NCBI GenBank assembly: GCA_951406725.2
Contig: OX597819.1
Location: forward strand, 72,354,001 to 72,418,000
Source: Octopus vulgaris
Taxonomy: Eukaryota
DNA: 64,000 bases
Reading direction: 5' to 3'
In this document: piece by piece, positions 1-13,649 of the stretch
How the letters are laid out: the number at the start of each line of letters is the position of its first letter
How positions within the stretch are numbered: position 1 is the first letter of the stretch
The notes under the pieces: model-generated
Databases searched by the model: none
What the model was told of the DNA's origin: nothing
The model's input: the letters and a program-made list of their open reading frames with translations, nothing else
Made by a program: the position numbers and the translations under genes

Positions 1-66
1 ACATACATGCATACATATATACATACATACATACATACATACATACATACATACATACATACATAC

Positions 67-117
<51 letters not shown>

Positions 118-603
118 CATACATACATACATACATACATACATACATACATACATACATACATACATACATGCATACATACATACGTGAATCCAACCGA
201 TGCCAGCATGGAAAGCAGACCATTAAATGATGATGATGAGGAAGAAGAAGAAGAAGAAGAAGAAGAAGAAGAAGAAGAAGAACAGGAGGAGGAGGAAGAA
301 GAAGAAGAAGAAGAAGAAGAAGAGGAGGAGGAAGAAGAAGAAGAAGAAGAAGAAGAAGAAGAAGAAGAAGAGAAGGGGGAAGAAGAAGAAGAAGAAGAAG
401 AAGAAGAAGAGGAGGAGGAAGAAGAAGAAGAAGAGGAGGAGAAAGAAGAAGAAGAAGAAGAAGAGGAGGAAGAAGAAGAAGAAGAAGAAGAAGAAGAGGA
501 GGAGGAGGAAGAAGAAGAAGAAGAACAGGGGGAGGGGAGGGGGAAGAAGAAGAAGAAGAAGAAGAAGAAGAAGAAGAAGAAGAAGAAGAAGAAGAAGAAG
601 AAG

Positions 604-632
<29 letters not shown>
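1..632. repeat. (TACA)n followed by (GAT)n/(GAA/GAG)n microsatellites
   Basis: Directly visible; repeated at ~8555-9106. Explains the poly-E/K/R ORFs. Confidence 0.97.
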
Positions 633-634
<2 letters not shown>

Positions 635-1386
635 GGCGGAAGACGAAGAGAAGGAAGACAAAAAAGAGGAGAAAGAGAAGGAAGATGAGGAGGAGGAGGA
701 ACAGGAGAAAGTAGAACAACAACCACAACATTTTGCTGTATTTGTCTTCATTAGCTAAAAGGCAGGCCTCTAATAAATTATTTCCTCGGCAGTCATTGGA
801 AGATAAATCTTTTTTTATGTAAATAATGTTAGGAAGAAGAAGAAAACAACATAAAATAAATTAAATTGAAAGTAGGGATCACAGAAGATGAAAGATATCA
901 CAATCCCTTTTGTTATTTTTTATTTCTTCTCCCAAAATGACTTGTAAATCTATTGTCGAAAATGATAAGGCATATTTCGACTCTCACCCAACGAGAGGTC
1001 AGCAAAGGAAACAGGCGAAAGGTGAATGTAACTTGACTGTTTATTCGATTTCCCCGGTGAAAATTCTGGAAAGTAATTTAAGTTTGTAAATCAAAACATT
1101 CAGTCAAGATTAGCCGACTTCCTGTTCAGAATTCATTAAGCTCACGTTTTCTATGTTACAGAAAAAGCCACGGTTGGAAAATGAAAGAGGTAAGGAGGGA
1201 GGGTTCTGACAGTCTGGTTGTTCGCGTTGATATCGGACGAAAGGAAAAGCGTTGCCATTTTGATATTTTTCGAATGGGGAGGCATGAGTGCGAGAACGAA
1301 ATTTGCTTAGTTGGCGATGGAGGGTAAACTTGTGAACAAGGTCGATTTTTTTCATTATAATAATCATCATTATTACCATGATTGAG

Positions 1387-1615
1387 GGCGGCGAGCTGGC
1401 AGAATTGTTAGCACGCTGAGCGAAATGCCTAGCGGTATTTTGTCTGCCGTTACGTTCTGAGTTCAAATTCCGCCGAGGTCGACTTTGCCTTTCATCCTTT
1501 CGGGGTCGATTAGATAAGTACCAGTTACGCACTGGTATCGATGTAATCGACTGAAACTCTTTGTCTGTCTTTGTTTGTTCCGTCTATGTTTAGCCCCTGT
1601 GGGTAAGAAAGAAAT
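1387..1615 (+). mobile_element. tRNA-derived SINE, family A
   Basis: Head ggcggcgagctggcagaa, B-box gagttcaaattcc, core gcctttcatcctttcggggtcgat. Related copies at 1643-1770, 9861-10240, 33520-33707(-), 34225-34390, 52905-53100, 62775-62980(-). Confidence 0.85.
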
Positions 1616-2206
1616 GATTATTATTATCATGTTTGTGAAGAAGGCGGCGAGCTGGCAAAATCGTTAGCACGCCGTACAAAATGCTTCGTCCGTTTTTACG
1701 TTCTGAGTTCAAGTTCTGCCGAGGATGACTTTACCTGTCATCCTTTCAGGTTCAATAAAATAAGTATCATTTAAAAGACTTTGCCAATATTTGTGGCTAC
1801 TTCTATACAGGCAATAAAACCTGTCACTGCACCTACAATTTGTTATGCAGCATCCTGACATGTGAAGGGAAGGGAGAGGCTTTACAACAATTCCATCAGA
1901 GTTTTGAATAATTTCCTTTTCGGAGCTGTTTATTGACAGCTGTAATTGAAACTACATCGACTATAAAATTTCACTTAGGTCACTAAAACCTTTGAATGCA
2001 GTTATAATCGTCACAAAAATTCTATTTTCTTTCTTACAAAATGTAAGTCAGTTGTAAGTGGTTAGAAACACAATGACGGGTGCTGTAAGATGAGATCGCT
2101 GTCTTCTTTCGTTCTCAGTGAATTCAAATTGCTTTCACATAGGTCGTTAATGTTCTAAGCCATTGTGGTAGCAACTTCTGATGGAAACAGTGAAAAATTT
2201 TATATA

Positions 2207-2438
2207 CAGGGTGTTCAAAAATCTCTCCGCAGCGAATTTTTTTCTCCAAGATGTATTTCAAAACATGTGCAGAAGAGTCAACTTATGTACTGAAAATGAA
2301 GGACGACACTTTCAACACCTCTTATAAAGTTTTATAAAGTCTTGTAAAGTCTAATATATTCTTTTATAGTCTTATACTATCTTATAAATAGTCATTTTGC
2401 AATACAATACTGCGGAGAGAGACTTTTTGAACACCCTA
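2207..2438 (+). mobile_element. Tc1/mariner-derived MITE
   Basis: TA flanks and TIRs cagggtgttcaaaa / ttttgaacaccct. Interior encodes a transposase-like C-terminus, LQDVFQNMCRRVNLCTENEGRHFQHLL*. Other copies at 10675-10906 and 33799-34051 (reverse). Confidence 0.85.
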
Positions 2439-2594
2439 TAGTTACTCGAGACAAAGAGGTCTTTGAGGTAGTATCTATTCAAGTATTGTTTAAATAAAAA
2501 CTTTTAAAACACGTAAATGTGATTTTATGATAAACTGTTTGTTAAACCCAATAACAATACATACTTCGAAATGTGAATAACGGGAGTGGTTATA

Positions 2595-3020
2595 GGTGCA
2601 GAAGTGGCATAGTAGTTAGTAGTTTGTTTACCAGCCACATGGTTCCGGGTTCAGTCCCGCTGCGTGGCACTCTGGACATGTGTCTTCTACTGTAGCTTCG
2701 GGCCGACCAAAGCCTTGTGAGTGGATTTGGCAGATGGAAACTGAAAGAAGCCCGTCGTATATATATGTGTGTGTGTGTGCGTGTGTGTGTGTATGTGTGT
2801 ATGCTTGTGTGTATGCTTGTGTGTCTGTTTGTCTCCCACCATCAATTGAAAACTGATGTTGGTATGTTTACGTCCCCGTAGGTTAGTGGTTCAGCAAAAG
2901 AGACCGATAGAATAAGTACTAGGCTTACAAAGAATAAATCCTGGGGTGGGTCGATTTGCTCGACCAAAAGCGGTGCTCCAGCATGGCCGTAGTCAAATGA
3001 CTGAAACAAATAAAAGAATA
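2595..3020 (+). mobile_element. tRNA-derived SINE, family B (internal (TG)n, tail ccagcatggcc...tgactgaaacaa)
   Basis: A/B-box-like head (tggcatagtagtt / gggttcagtccc). Many copies: 6525-6730(-), 11063-11480, 17200-17345(-), 17375-17810, 30370-30830(-), 31615-32230(-), 34465-34955(-), 35580-35850(-), 42915-43190(-), 45625-45945, 56265-56410(-), 61560-61700. Confidence 0.85.
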
Positions 3021-4234
3021 TGAATTATAAACAATAAACTAAAATGTCATTTGAAAGACAATGTCAACATTTGTGGGTATTTCTCTACATGCAATAAAGA
3101 CTTTCGCTGCACTTGTAGCGTTAGGTAACGTCCTATGTGAGTGTACATGCATACATACACACCTGCATATGTGCGTGTGTAATGTGTGTGTATACATACA
3201 TACACACATACATACATACATACATACATACATACATACATACATACATACATACATACATACATACATACATACATACATACATACATACGTACGTACG
3301 TACGTACGTACGTACGTACAAGCATATGGATCGTAGCCATAGAGGTTGATAAAAAGTATTTGGAAAAGTATAATTTAAAAGACATTGTCAGTATTTGTGA
3401 ATATTCCTATACATGCATTGGAGGCTGCCACTACACTTGTAACCTGATAGGTAACGTCCTGACTTTAGTGTGCATATAATTATGTATATATTGCTTGAGC
3501 ATCGTTCATTCTAGCTGTCAATGTCATCTGTTAGTCTCATAATCGACCCACATTTTTATATAGACATCTGTCAAGGCACACGTGATCAGAGAAACCAACG
3601 TGTCTGTGTGTGTCTGTGTGTGTGTGTGTGTCTGTGTGAACAAGTAGAAAATACAAGAATAAATTGGAAAATGAAATTAAATTTCAATTGATATTTACAT
3701 GGACAAACATGAAGGACAAAGAAATTGAGCCTAAATTTGAACGAAGTCTCGTACTAGAGATTAGATCATGAACTAAGCTCAAGCGATTATGCACCAATGT
3801 CAGCTCATGTAATAGTGGAGTTGTATTGTGCCAGTCATCCGTGTTAAACTTTCACCCAGAACTAAAATCCTCCAGCTCGTTATTACATGTATGCAGATTA
3901 AAAAAAGGAGTGGATGCTGAAAATTGCAAAGGTGGCCCTGAAAGTCGAAGCAATAGTTAAAAGTTTTTCAGAAGGAACGTTCTAGGCAAAGGCGAGAATG
4001 TTACCATACTCGCAAAAATTCAAATGACTTCCCTTGGAAATTGAAAGTAGTATGTAAGGTTGGTTTATTATAAACCGATTTCAACCGTTCAATGCTTGAC
4101 TTCGTAATTGCTCAGAAACTGCTAAAGCTTACACTGACACAAGACTGGGAGTTTGTTGGAAAGATGTTTAGAGCCCTATTCATACTAGTCAGCAATATAC
4201 CTGTGTCTAATCGAACATAATGGCACTGAGTTTC

Positions 4235-4305
<71 letters not shown>

Positions 4306-4349
4306 GCTAGTGCATATTAAATTAGCAGCTACACCATATATGTATTCAA

Positions 4350-4459
<110 letters not shown>

Positions 4460-4651
4460 CGTTTCCTTGTTTGGTTTTATGTTTTCGTTTCTCGTTGTAT
4501 TCTACGTTTATTTGTGGTGTCCTGTACTCATATACGCATGTATATATACATATAGATGTAGGTATGTACATATATGTAGGTATGTACATATATGTAGGTA
4601 TGTACATATATGTATGTATGTATGCATATGTTTTATTTATTAAATTGTTAT

Positions 4652-4690
<39 letters not shown>

Positions 4691-4757
4691 CGGGAAGCTT
4701 TATGAAAATAGACAAAAGACGAAGGCAGGTTTACGGAAATAAACAAAATAAACATAC

Positions 4758-4790
<33 letters not shown>

Positions 4791-5217
4791 TGTATGTATA
4801 TATAAATGTATATATATATATGTCCAAGCTTGTTTTTACACATTCACCACCACAACCTCGTTTAGGCTTAGCAGCCCTTCCTATTTGTTTTCACTATTCT
4901 GTTTTTGTTGACAATTTTGACCCTCCGCAAAATCCCAAATTTTATTTAATTTGCTTTGCAGGAGCAGCTGTTTTATCGAAGGCATATCTTGTGAAATGCT
5001 CGAAACTGATGAAGGGTCGTTCTTTATGTTGTTTGTCTTGTTTTCCATTTGTGCTTTACAATGCACTCATACTTCATATTTTTTGTTGTTTATGATTTGT
5101 GACGTCCTGTGCCCACATATGCATATATATATTTATGGTCTTTCAAAATATGACTGCGTGTGTACCGTTGGCGATTTTTTCCCCTCTGTCTTCCCTTCTC
5201 TGGATCTTTCCTTCTAT

Positions 5218-5252
5218 ATTTCCGACGAAGAGCTTCGCTCGAAACGGTAAAT
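5218..5252 (+). ncRNA. Hammerhead-ribozyme-like motif (variant core CCGACGA) in a Penelope/retrozyme-like repeat
   Basis: attt-CCGACGA-a-gagc-ttc-gctc-GAAA-cggt-aaat; duplicate copy at ~13520-13554. U4C core change and an imperfect cleavage triplet. Confidence 0.5.
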
Positions 5253-5427
5253 CCTCCTTCTTTCCTTCTTTCATATGCGTCCAATAATACTATATTTGTT
5301 CCACGTCCTCGCGTTGTTGTGTTTTTTTTTTTTTGTGCTTTCTTGTTTGGATTAACTATATATATAAAGTTAATCCAAACAAGAAAACACAGAAAAAAAG
5401 AGAAAAAAAGAAAAAAACACAGCAACG

Positions 5428-5475
<48 letters not shown>

Positions 5476-5509
5476 GTATAGATGTAAATATGTTCATGTA
5501 CGTAAGTAA

Positions 5510-5556
<47 letters not shown>

Positions 5557-5727
5557 CATACGTACATATATATATATATAGGGAAAGTTTACGAAAAAAA
5601 AAAAGACGAAGGCAGGTGGTGTACAAAATAAACAGATGTGTTAGTATAACGCTCAGGAATAGAAAAAGTCTTTTACGGTTTGAGCCTACGCTCTCCTACA
5701 GAAAGGTACACAGAAAAACAAGGAGAG

Positions 5728-5773
<46 letters not shown>

Positions 5774-5869
5774 TTATATAATTAAGGATAAGATCGTTAT
5801 TTTAAATAGCGATCATATCAGGTGGCTAGCATGGGAATAAAAATCTCTTGGGTAATAATTATTGGTAAA

Positions 5870-6138
5870 ATTATAATTAAGGGTATCTAAAAGATACCAT
5901 CATGCTAGAAATAGCAGTCAAAACTTGACTCTAAAACCACATCAAATATTCATACAGCACCAGGAGAGAAGACAAAGAGACAAAATGAAGTAGCAAAAAA
6001 TAATTTTTTGCTAGTTTATTTGGTCTCTTTGTCTTCTCTCCTGGTGGTCTATGAATATTTGATGTGGTTTTAGAGTCAAGTTTTAACTGCTATCTCTAGC
6101 ATGATGGTATCTTTTAGATACCTTTGATAATAATTATA
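5870..6138. repeat. Palindrome/foldback repeat with ~130 bp arms centred at ~6002
   Basis: ggtatctaaaagataccatcatgctaga...tagcaaaaaa mirrored by tttttgcta...tctagcatgatggtatcttttagatacc. Also at ~15615-15885. Confidence 0.9.
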
Positions 6139-6165
6139 TATATATGTGTGTGTGTATGAATATGT

Positions 6166-6233
<68 letters not shown>

Positions 6234-6950
6234 CGTACCCTTATCTGATATATGTCAGACAATATTTTATCCTGTTTCATATACTCTGCTGTTATCTGAT
6301 GAGACAAACAATAGTGATATTGTTACGTTCTATGTTATCGTCGTTGTTGTTGTAGTATGTTTGTAAAATTATCCATCACACCTTATCTTATGAACGTATA
6401 CCTGTTGTAGGGAGATGCATATGTATGTATATAGATAAGTATATCTATATACGTATCTACACGTATATCTATGTGTGTGTGTGTGCGGGTATAACCTACA
6501 TATACCTTGAGTGTATGTATTGTTTTATTGTTTTACTTGTTTCAGTCATGTGACAGCGGTCATGCTGGAGCACCGCCTTTAGTCAAACAAATACACCCCA
6601 GGACTTATTCTTTGTAAGCCTAGTACTTATTCTATCGGTCTCTTTTGCCGAACGGCTAAGTTACGGAAGTGTAAACACATCAACATCGGTTGTCAGGTGA
6701 TAATGGTGGGGGACAAACACAGATACACAAACATATACTTATATTCTGTCTATATTCTGTCACGCTTATTCGTTCATTCCACTCTTCGTTCTTTCGTTTC
6801 CCCCTCTCTCACATTTCTCTGCCTTCTCTTCTTGCTCACTTTCCCTCCACTTTTCACTTCACTGTGTCCCTGTAATTTTTTCTCGCCCCTCCTTAGTTCT
6901 TCTGTTCCTCTGCTTCTACTTCTCCCTCTTCTCTTCTCACGTGACCGGCG

Positions 6951-7050
6951 NNNNNNNNNNNNNNNNNNNNNNNNNNNNNNNNNNNNNNNNNNNNNNNNNN
7001 NNNNNNNNNNNNNNNNNNNNNNNNNNNNNNNNNNNNNNNNNNNNNNNNNN
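6951..7050. other. Assembly gap (100 N)
   Basis: Run of N. Confidence 1.
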
Positions 7051-7062
7051 ATATATGTTTAG

Positions 7063-7063
7063 G

Positions 7064-7125
<62 letters not shown>

Positions 7126-7174
7126 GACAGACAGACAGATAGACAGACAGACAGACAGACAGAGACAGACAGAC

Positions 7175-7231
<57 letters not shown>

Positions 7232-7286
7232 GGCAGGCAGGCAGGCAGGCAGACAGACAGACAGCCAGCCAGACAGACAGACAGAC

Positions 7287-7376
<90 letters not shown>

Positions 7377-7393
7377 GTAGGTAGGTAGGTAGG

Positions 7394-7485
<92 letters not shown>

Positions 7486-7500
7486 CAGATAGATAGATAT
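7063..7500. repeat. Compound (GA)n/(GACA)n/(GATA)n microsatellite
   Basis: Directly visible. Confidence 0.97.
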
Positions 7501-7501
7501 A

Positions 7502-8385
7502 CACATTAGTGTGCAAATTAATCCGGATAGGATCAAATTTCGTGACTTTTTCATAAAATGTCGTAATCTGTAACTTAACTAATGATTTTTTTGTTGTTTT
7601 TCGTTCAGAATAGTGCAGTAGCGACACCTGGCATCTAATCAGTTGTGGCTTCGCTCCAGCATTTCCTTCAGTGTTATACTAGAGCTCGTTCTGTGTTGTT
7701 GTTCCTGCGAGCGTTCATTATTAGCTTTTAAATTCAGGGTAGCTATCACATCCAGGAAGCGTGCAAGTATTGTAGCTCTTAGAAAAAAGGGCTGGTTCTA
7801 GTACGAGACAGATGGATGAAAAAATAGATGTGGCAAAGTCAACTGTCGGTGAAATTGTGAAGAGAGCAAGAAAACACTGGCGTACAAGCAACACTACGCC
7901 GAGGAAGATATGGAAGACGACGCAAGACAACACCTTACGATGATAAAATTTTGATCAGAAATACCTTGAAGGATCCAAGGAAAACTAGTAAAACCCTTCA
8001 GAAAGATCTAGCTACAGCTGGTGTAAATATTTCGCCTTCAACTGTCCGATGAATGTTCCTTGAAGCTGGCAGACCTATCAGAAAGCCGGTACATAAACAT
8101 GTTGTTATAAAGTGAAAACATCTGCGCTAGACACGCGATCATGCTGAAGGGAAGGCAGAAGATTGGAGAAAGGTAATATATTCGGATGAATCGCATTTTG
8201 AAGTGCATAGGTACAGGTCAGTAGACAAATCAAAGGTGGGCCTCATCGACCAGGGCACATTCAACAAGCGCCAAAATACGTACCTAAGCTTTTGTTTTGG
8301 GTTTTTTTAACTGCTGAAGGTCTAGGGTGGCTTATTAATGTCGAGGGAATGATGAATGGTGATAAATACAAGTCGATCCTATATG
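7502..8385 (+). mobile_element. Decayed Tc1-like DNA transposon (5' part, transposase pseudogene)
   Basis: Translation across frameshifts and stops: ...VAKSTVGEIVKR...GRRRKTTPYDDKILIRNTLKDPRKTSKTLQKDLATAGVNISPSTVR*...EDWRKVIYSDESHFEV...LFWVFLTAEGLGWLINVEGMMNGDKYKSIL. These are Tc1 HTH, W..V..SDE and VWG-like motifs. Truncated by a SINE fragment at ~8390. Confidence 0.88.
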
Positions 8386-9077
8386 GAGTGTTTTTTCTCA
8401 AGAGCACAACTCAACGCCCGGTCTGGGAATGGAACCCACGATCTCGCAATCGTGTGTGCAACACCCCTAACCACAGAGCCAAAACGCCTTCACTCACATA
8501 CACACGCACACACACACACACACATGCACGCACGCGCGCGCGCATACACGCACATAATACATACATGCATACATATATACATACATACATACATACATAC
8601 ATACATACATACATACATACATACATACATACATACATACATACATACATACATACATACATACATACATACATACATACATACATACATACATACATAC
8701 ATACATACATACGTGAATCCAACCGATGCCAGCATGGAAAGCAGACCATTAAATGATGATGAGGAGGAAGAAGAAGAAGAAGAAGAAGAAGAAGAAGAAG
8801 AAGAAGAAGAAGAAGAAGAAGAAGAGGAGGAGGAGGAAGAAGAAGAAGAAGAAGAAGAAGAAGAGGAGGAGGAGGAAGAAGAAGAAGAAGAAGAAGAAGA
8901 AGAAGAAGAAGAAGAAGAAGAAGGGGGAAGAAGAAGAAGAAGAAGAAGAAGAGGAGGAAGAAGAAGAAGAAGAAGAAGAGGAGGAGGAAGAAGAAGAAGA
9001 AGAAGAAGAGGAGGAAGAAGAAGAAGAAGAAGAAGAAGAAGAAGAAGAAGAAGAAGAAGAAGAAGAAGAAGAAGAAG

Positions 9078-9108
<31 letters not shown>

Positions 9109-12027
9109 GGCGGAAGACGAAGAGAAGGAAGACAAAAAAGAGGAGAAAGAGAAGGAAGATGAGGAGGAGGAGGAACAGGAGAAAGTAGAACAACAACCAC
9201 AACATTTTGCTGTATTTGTCTTCATTAGCTAAAAGGCAGGCCTCTAATAAATTATTTCCTCGGCAGTCATTGGAAGATAAATCTTTTTTTATGTAAATAA
9301 TGTTAGGAAGAAGAAGAAAACAACATAAAATAAATTAAATTGAAAGTAGGGATCACAGAAGATGAAAGATATCACAATCCCTTTTGTTATTTTTTATTTC
9401 TTCTCCCAAAATGACTTGTAAATCTATTGTCGAAAATGATAAGGCATATTTCGACTCTCACCCAACGAGAGGTCAGCAAAGGAAACAGGCGAAAGGTGAA
9501 TGTAACTTGACTGTTTATTCGATTTCCCCGGTGAAAATTCTGGAAAGTAATTTAAGTTTGTAGATCAAAACATTCAGTCAAGATTAGCCGACTTCCTGTT
9601 CAGAATTCATTAAGCTCACGTTTTTTTTGTTACAGAAAAAGCCACGGTTGGAAAATGAAAGAGGTAAGGAGGGAGGGTTCTGACAGTCTGGTTGTTCGCG
9701 TTGATATCGGACGAAAGGAAAAGCGTTGCCATTTTGATATTTTTCGAATGGGGAGGCATGAGTGCGAGAACGAAATTTGCTTAGTTGGCGATGGAGGGTA
9801 AACTTGTGAACAAGGTCGATTTTTTTCATTATAATAATCATCATTATTACCATGATTGAGGGCGGCGAGCTGGCAGAATTGTTAGCACGCTGAGCGAAAT
9901 GCCTAGCGGTATTTTGTCTGCCGTTACGTTCTGAGTTCAAATTCCGCCGAGGTCGACTTTGCCTTTCATCCTTTCGGGGTCGATTAAATAAGTACCAGTT
10001 ACGCACTGGTGTCGATGTAATCGACTGAAACCCTTTTTCTGTCTTTGTTTGTCCCGTCTATGTTTAGCCCCTGTGGGTAAGAAAGAAATTATTATTATCA
10101 TGTTTGTGAAGGCGGCGAGCTGGCAAAATCGTTAGCACGCCGTACAAAATGCTTCGTCCGTTTTTATGTTCTGAGTTCAAATTCTGCCGAGGATGACTTT
10201 ACCTGTCATCCTTTCAGGTTCAATAAAATAAGTATCATTTAAAAGACTTTGCCAACATTTGTGGCTACTTCTATACAGGCAATAAAACCTGTCACTGCAC
10301 CTACAACTTGTTATGCAGCATCCTGACATGTGAAGGGAAGAGAGAGGCTTTACAACAATTCCATCAGAGTTTTGAATAATTTCCTTTTCAGAGCTGTTTA
10401 TTGACAGCTGTAATTGAAACTACATCGACTATAAAATTTCACTTAGGTCACTAAAACCTTTGAATGCAGTTATAATCGTCACAAAAATTCTATTTTCTTT
10501 CTTACAAAATGTAAGTCAGTTGTAAGTGGTTAGAAACACAATGACGGGTGCTGTAAGATGAGATCGCTGTCTTCTTTCGTTCTCAGTGAATTCAAATTGC
10601 TTTCACATAGGTCGTTAATGTTCTAAGCCATTGTGGTAGCAATTCCTGATGGAAACAGTGAAAAATTTTATATACAGGGTGTTCAAAAATCTCTCCGCAG
10701 CGAATTTTTTTCTCCAAGATGTATTTCAAAACATGTGCAGAAGAGTCAACTTATGTACTGAAAATGAAGGACGACACTTTCAACACCTCTTATAAAGTTT
10801 TATAAAGTCTTGTAAAGTCTAATATATTCTTTTATAGTCTTATACTATCTTATAAATATTCATTTTGCAATACAATACTGCGGAGAGAGACTTTTTGAAC
10901 ACACTATAGTTACTCGAGACAAAGAGGTCTTTGAGGTAGTATCTATTCAAGTATTGTTTAAATAATAACTTTTAAAACACGTAAATGTGATTTTGTGATA
11001 AACTGTTTGTTAAACCCAATAACAATACATACTTCGAAATGTGAATAACGGGAGTGGTTATAGGCGCAGAAGTGGCATAGTAGTTAGTAGTTTGTTTACC
11101 AGCCACATGGTTCCGGGTTCAGTCCCGCTGCGTGGCACTCTGGACATGTGTCTTCTACTGTAGCTTCGGGCCGACCAAAGCCTTGTGAGTGGATTTGGCA
11201 GATGGAAACTGAAAGAAGCCCGTCGTATATATATGTGTGTGTGTGTGCGTGTGTGTTTGTGTGTGTATGTGTGTATGCTTGTGTGTCTGTTTGTCTCCCA
11301 CCATCAATTGAAAACTGATGTTGGTATGTTTACGTCCCCGTAGGTTAGTGGTTCAGCAAAAGAGACCGATAGAATAAGTACTAGGCTTACAAAGAATAAA
11401 TCCTGGGGTGGGTCGATTTGCTCGACCAAAGGCGGTGCTCCACCATGGCCGTAGTCAAATGACTGAAACAAATAAAAGAATATGAATTATAAACAATAAA
11501 CTAAAATGTCATTTGAAAGACAATGTCAACATTTGTGGGTATTTCTCTACATGCAATAAAGACTTTCGCTGCACTTGTAACGTTAGGTAACGTCCTATGT
11601 GAGTGTACATGCATACATACACACCTGCATATGTGCGTGTGTAATGTGTGTGTATACATACATACACACATACATACATACATACATACATACATACATA
11701 CATACATACATACATACATACATACATACATACGTACGTACGTACGTACAAGCATATGGATCGTAGCCATAGAGGTTGAAAAAAGTATTTGGATAAGTAT
11801 AATTTAAAAGACATTGTTAGTATTTGTGAATATTCCTATACATGCATTGGAGGCTGCCACTACACGTGTAACCTGATAGGTAACGTCCTGACTTTAGTGT
11901 GCATATAATTATGTATATATTGCTTGAGCATCGTTCATTCTAGCTGTCAATGTCATCTGTTAGTCTCATAATCGACCCACATTTTTATATAGACATCTGT
12001 CAAGGCACACGTGATCAGAGAAACCAA

Positions 12028-12081
<54 letters not shown>

Positions 12082-12680
12082 CAAGTAGAAAACAACTATA
12101 AATTGGAAAATGAAATTAAATTTCAATTGATATTTACATGGACAAACATGAAGGACAAAGAAATTGAGCCTAAATTTGAACGAAGTCTCGTACTAGAGAT
12201 TAGATCATGAACTAAGCTCAAGCGATTATGAACCAATGTCAGCTCATGTAATAGTGGAGTTGTATTGTGCCAGTCATCCGTGTTAAACTTTCACCCAGAA
12301 CTAAAATCCTCCAGCTCGTTATTACATGTATGCAGATTAAAAATAGGAGTGGGTGCTGAAAATTGCAAAGGTGGCCCTGAAAGTCGAAGCAATAGTTAAA
12401 AGTTTTTGAGAAGGAACGTTCTCGGCAAAGGCGAGAATGTTACCATACTCGCAAAAATTCAAATGACTTCCCTTGGAAATTGAAAGTAGTATGTAAGGTT
12501 GGTTTATTATAAACCGATTTCAACCGTTCAATGCTTGACTTCGTAATTGCTCAGAAACTGCTAAAGCTTAAACTGACACAAGACTGGGAGTTTGTTGGAA
12601 AGATGTTTAGAGCCCTATTCATACTAGTCAGCAATATACCTGTGTCTAATCGAACATAATGGCACGGGGTTTCAGTATTA

Positions 12681-12789
<109 letters not shown>

Positions 12790-12833
12790 GCTAGTGCATA
12801 TTAAATTAGCAGCTACGCCATATATGTATTCAA

Positions 12834-12946
<113 letters not shown>

Positions 12947-13058
12947 GTCCGTTTCCTTGTTTGATTTATGTTTTCGTTTCTCGTTGTGTTCTACGTTTAT
13001 TTGTGGTGTCCTGTACTCATATATGCATGTATATATACATATAGATGTAGGTATGTAC

Positions 13059-13091
<33 letters not shown>

Positions 13092-13649
13092 TGTATGTAT
13101 ATATAAATATGTATATATATATGTCCAAGCTTGTTTTTACGCGTTCGCCACCACAACCTCGTTTAGGCTTAGCAGCCCTTCCTATTTGTTTTCACTATTC
13201 TGTTTTTGTTGACAATTTTGACCCTCCGCAAAATCCCAAATTTTATTTAATTTGCTTTGCAGGAGCAGCTGTTTTATCGAAGGCATATCTTGTGAAATGC
13301 TCGAAACTGATGAAGGGTCGTTCTTTATGTTGTTTGTCTTGTTTTCCATTTGTGCTGTTCCATGCACTCATACTTCGTATTTTTTGTTGTTTATGATTTG
13401 TGACGTCCTGTGCCCACATATGCATATATATATATTTATGGTCTTTCAAAATGTGACTGCGTGTGTACCGTTGGCGATTTTTTCCCTCTGTCTTCCCTTC
13501 TCTGGATCTTTCCTTCTATGTTTCCGACGAAGAGCTTCGCTCGAAACGGTAAACCCTCCTTTCCTTCTTTCATAAGCGTCCAATAATCCTATATTTGTTC
13601 CACGTCCTCGCGTTGTTGTGTTTTTTTTTTGTGCTTTCTTGTTTGGATT

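Noticed and set aside
7-726. Long poly-E/K/R and HTYI-repeat ORFs (also 8356-9232, 6893-7627 and many similar)
   Set aside because: They are translations of stop-free microsatellites, open in several frames and on both strands.
1110-1532. 140-aa minus-strand ORF conserved at 9584-10006
   Set aside because: It starts inside an antisense SINE, and its conservation just reflects the recent duplication.
6290-6350. CTGATGA followed by a hairpin (similar partial cores at ~5006 and ~49765)
   Set aside because: No properly placed GAAA, stem III or NUH, so a hammerhead cannot be built.
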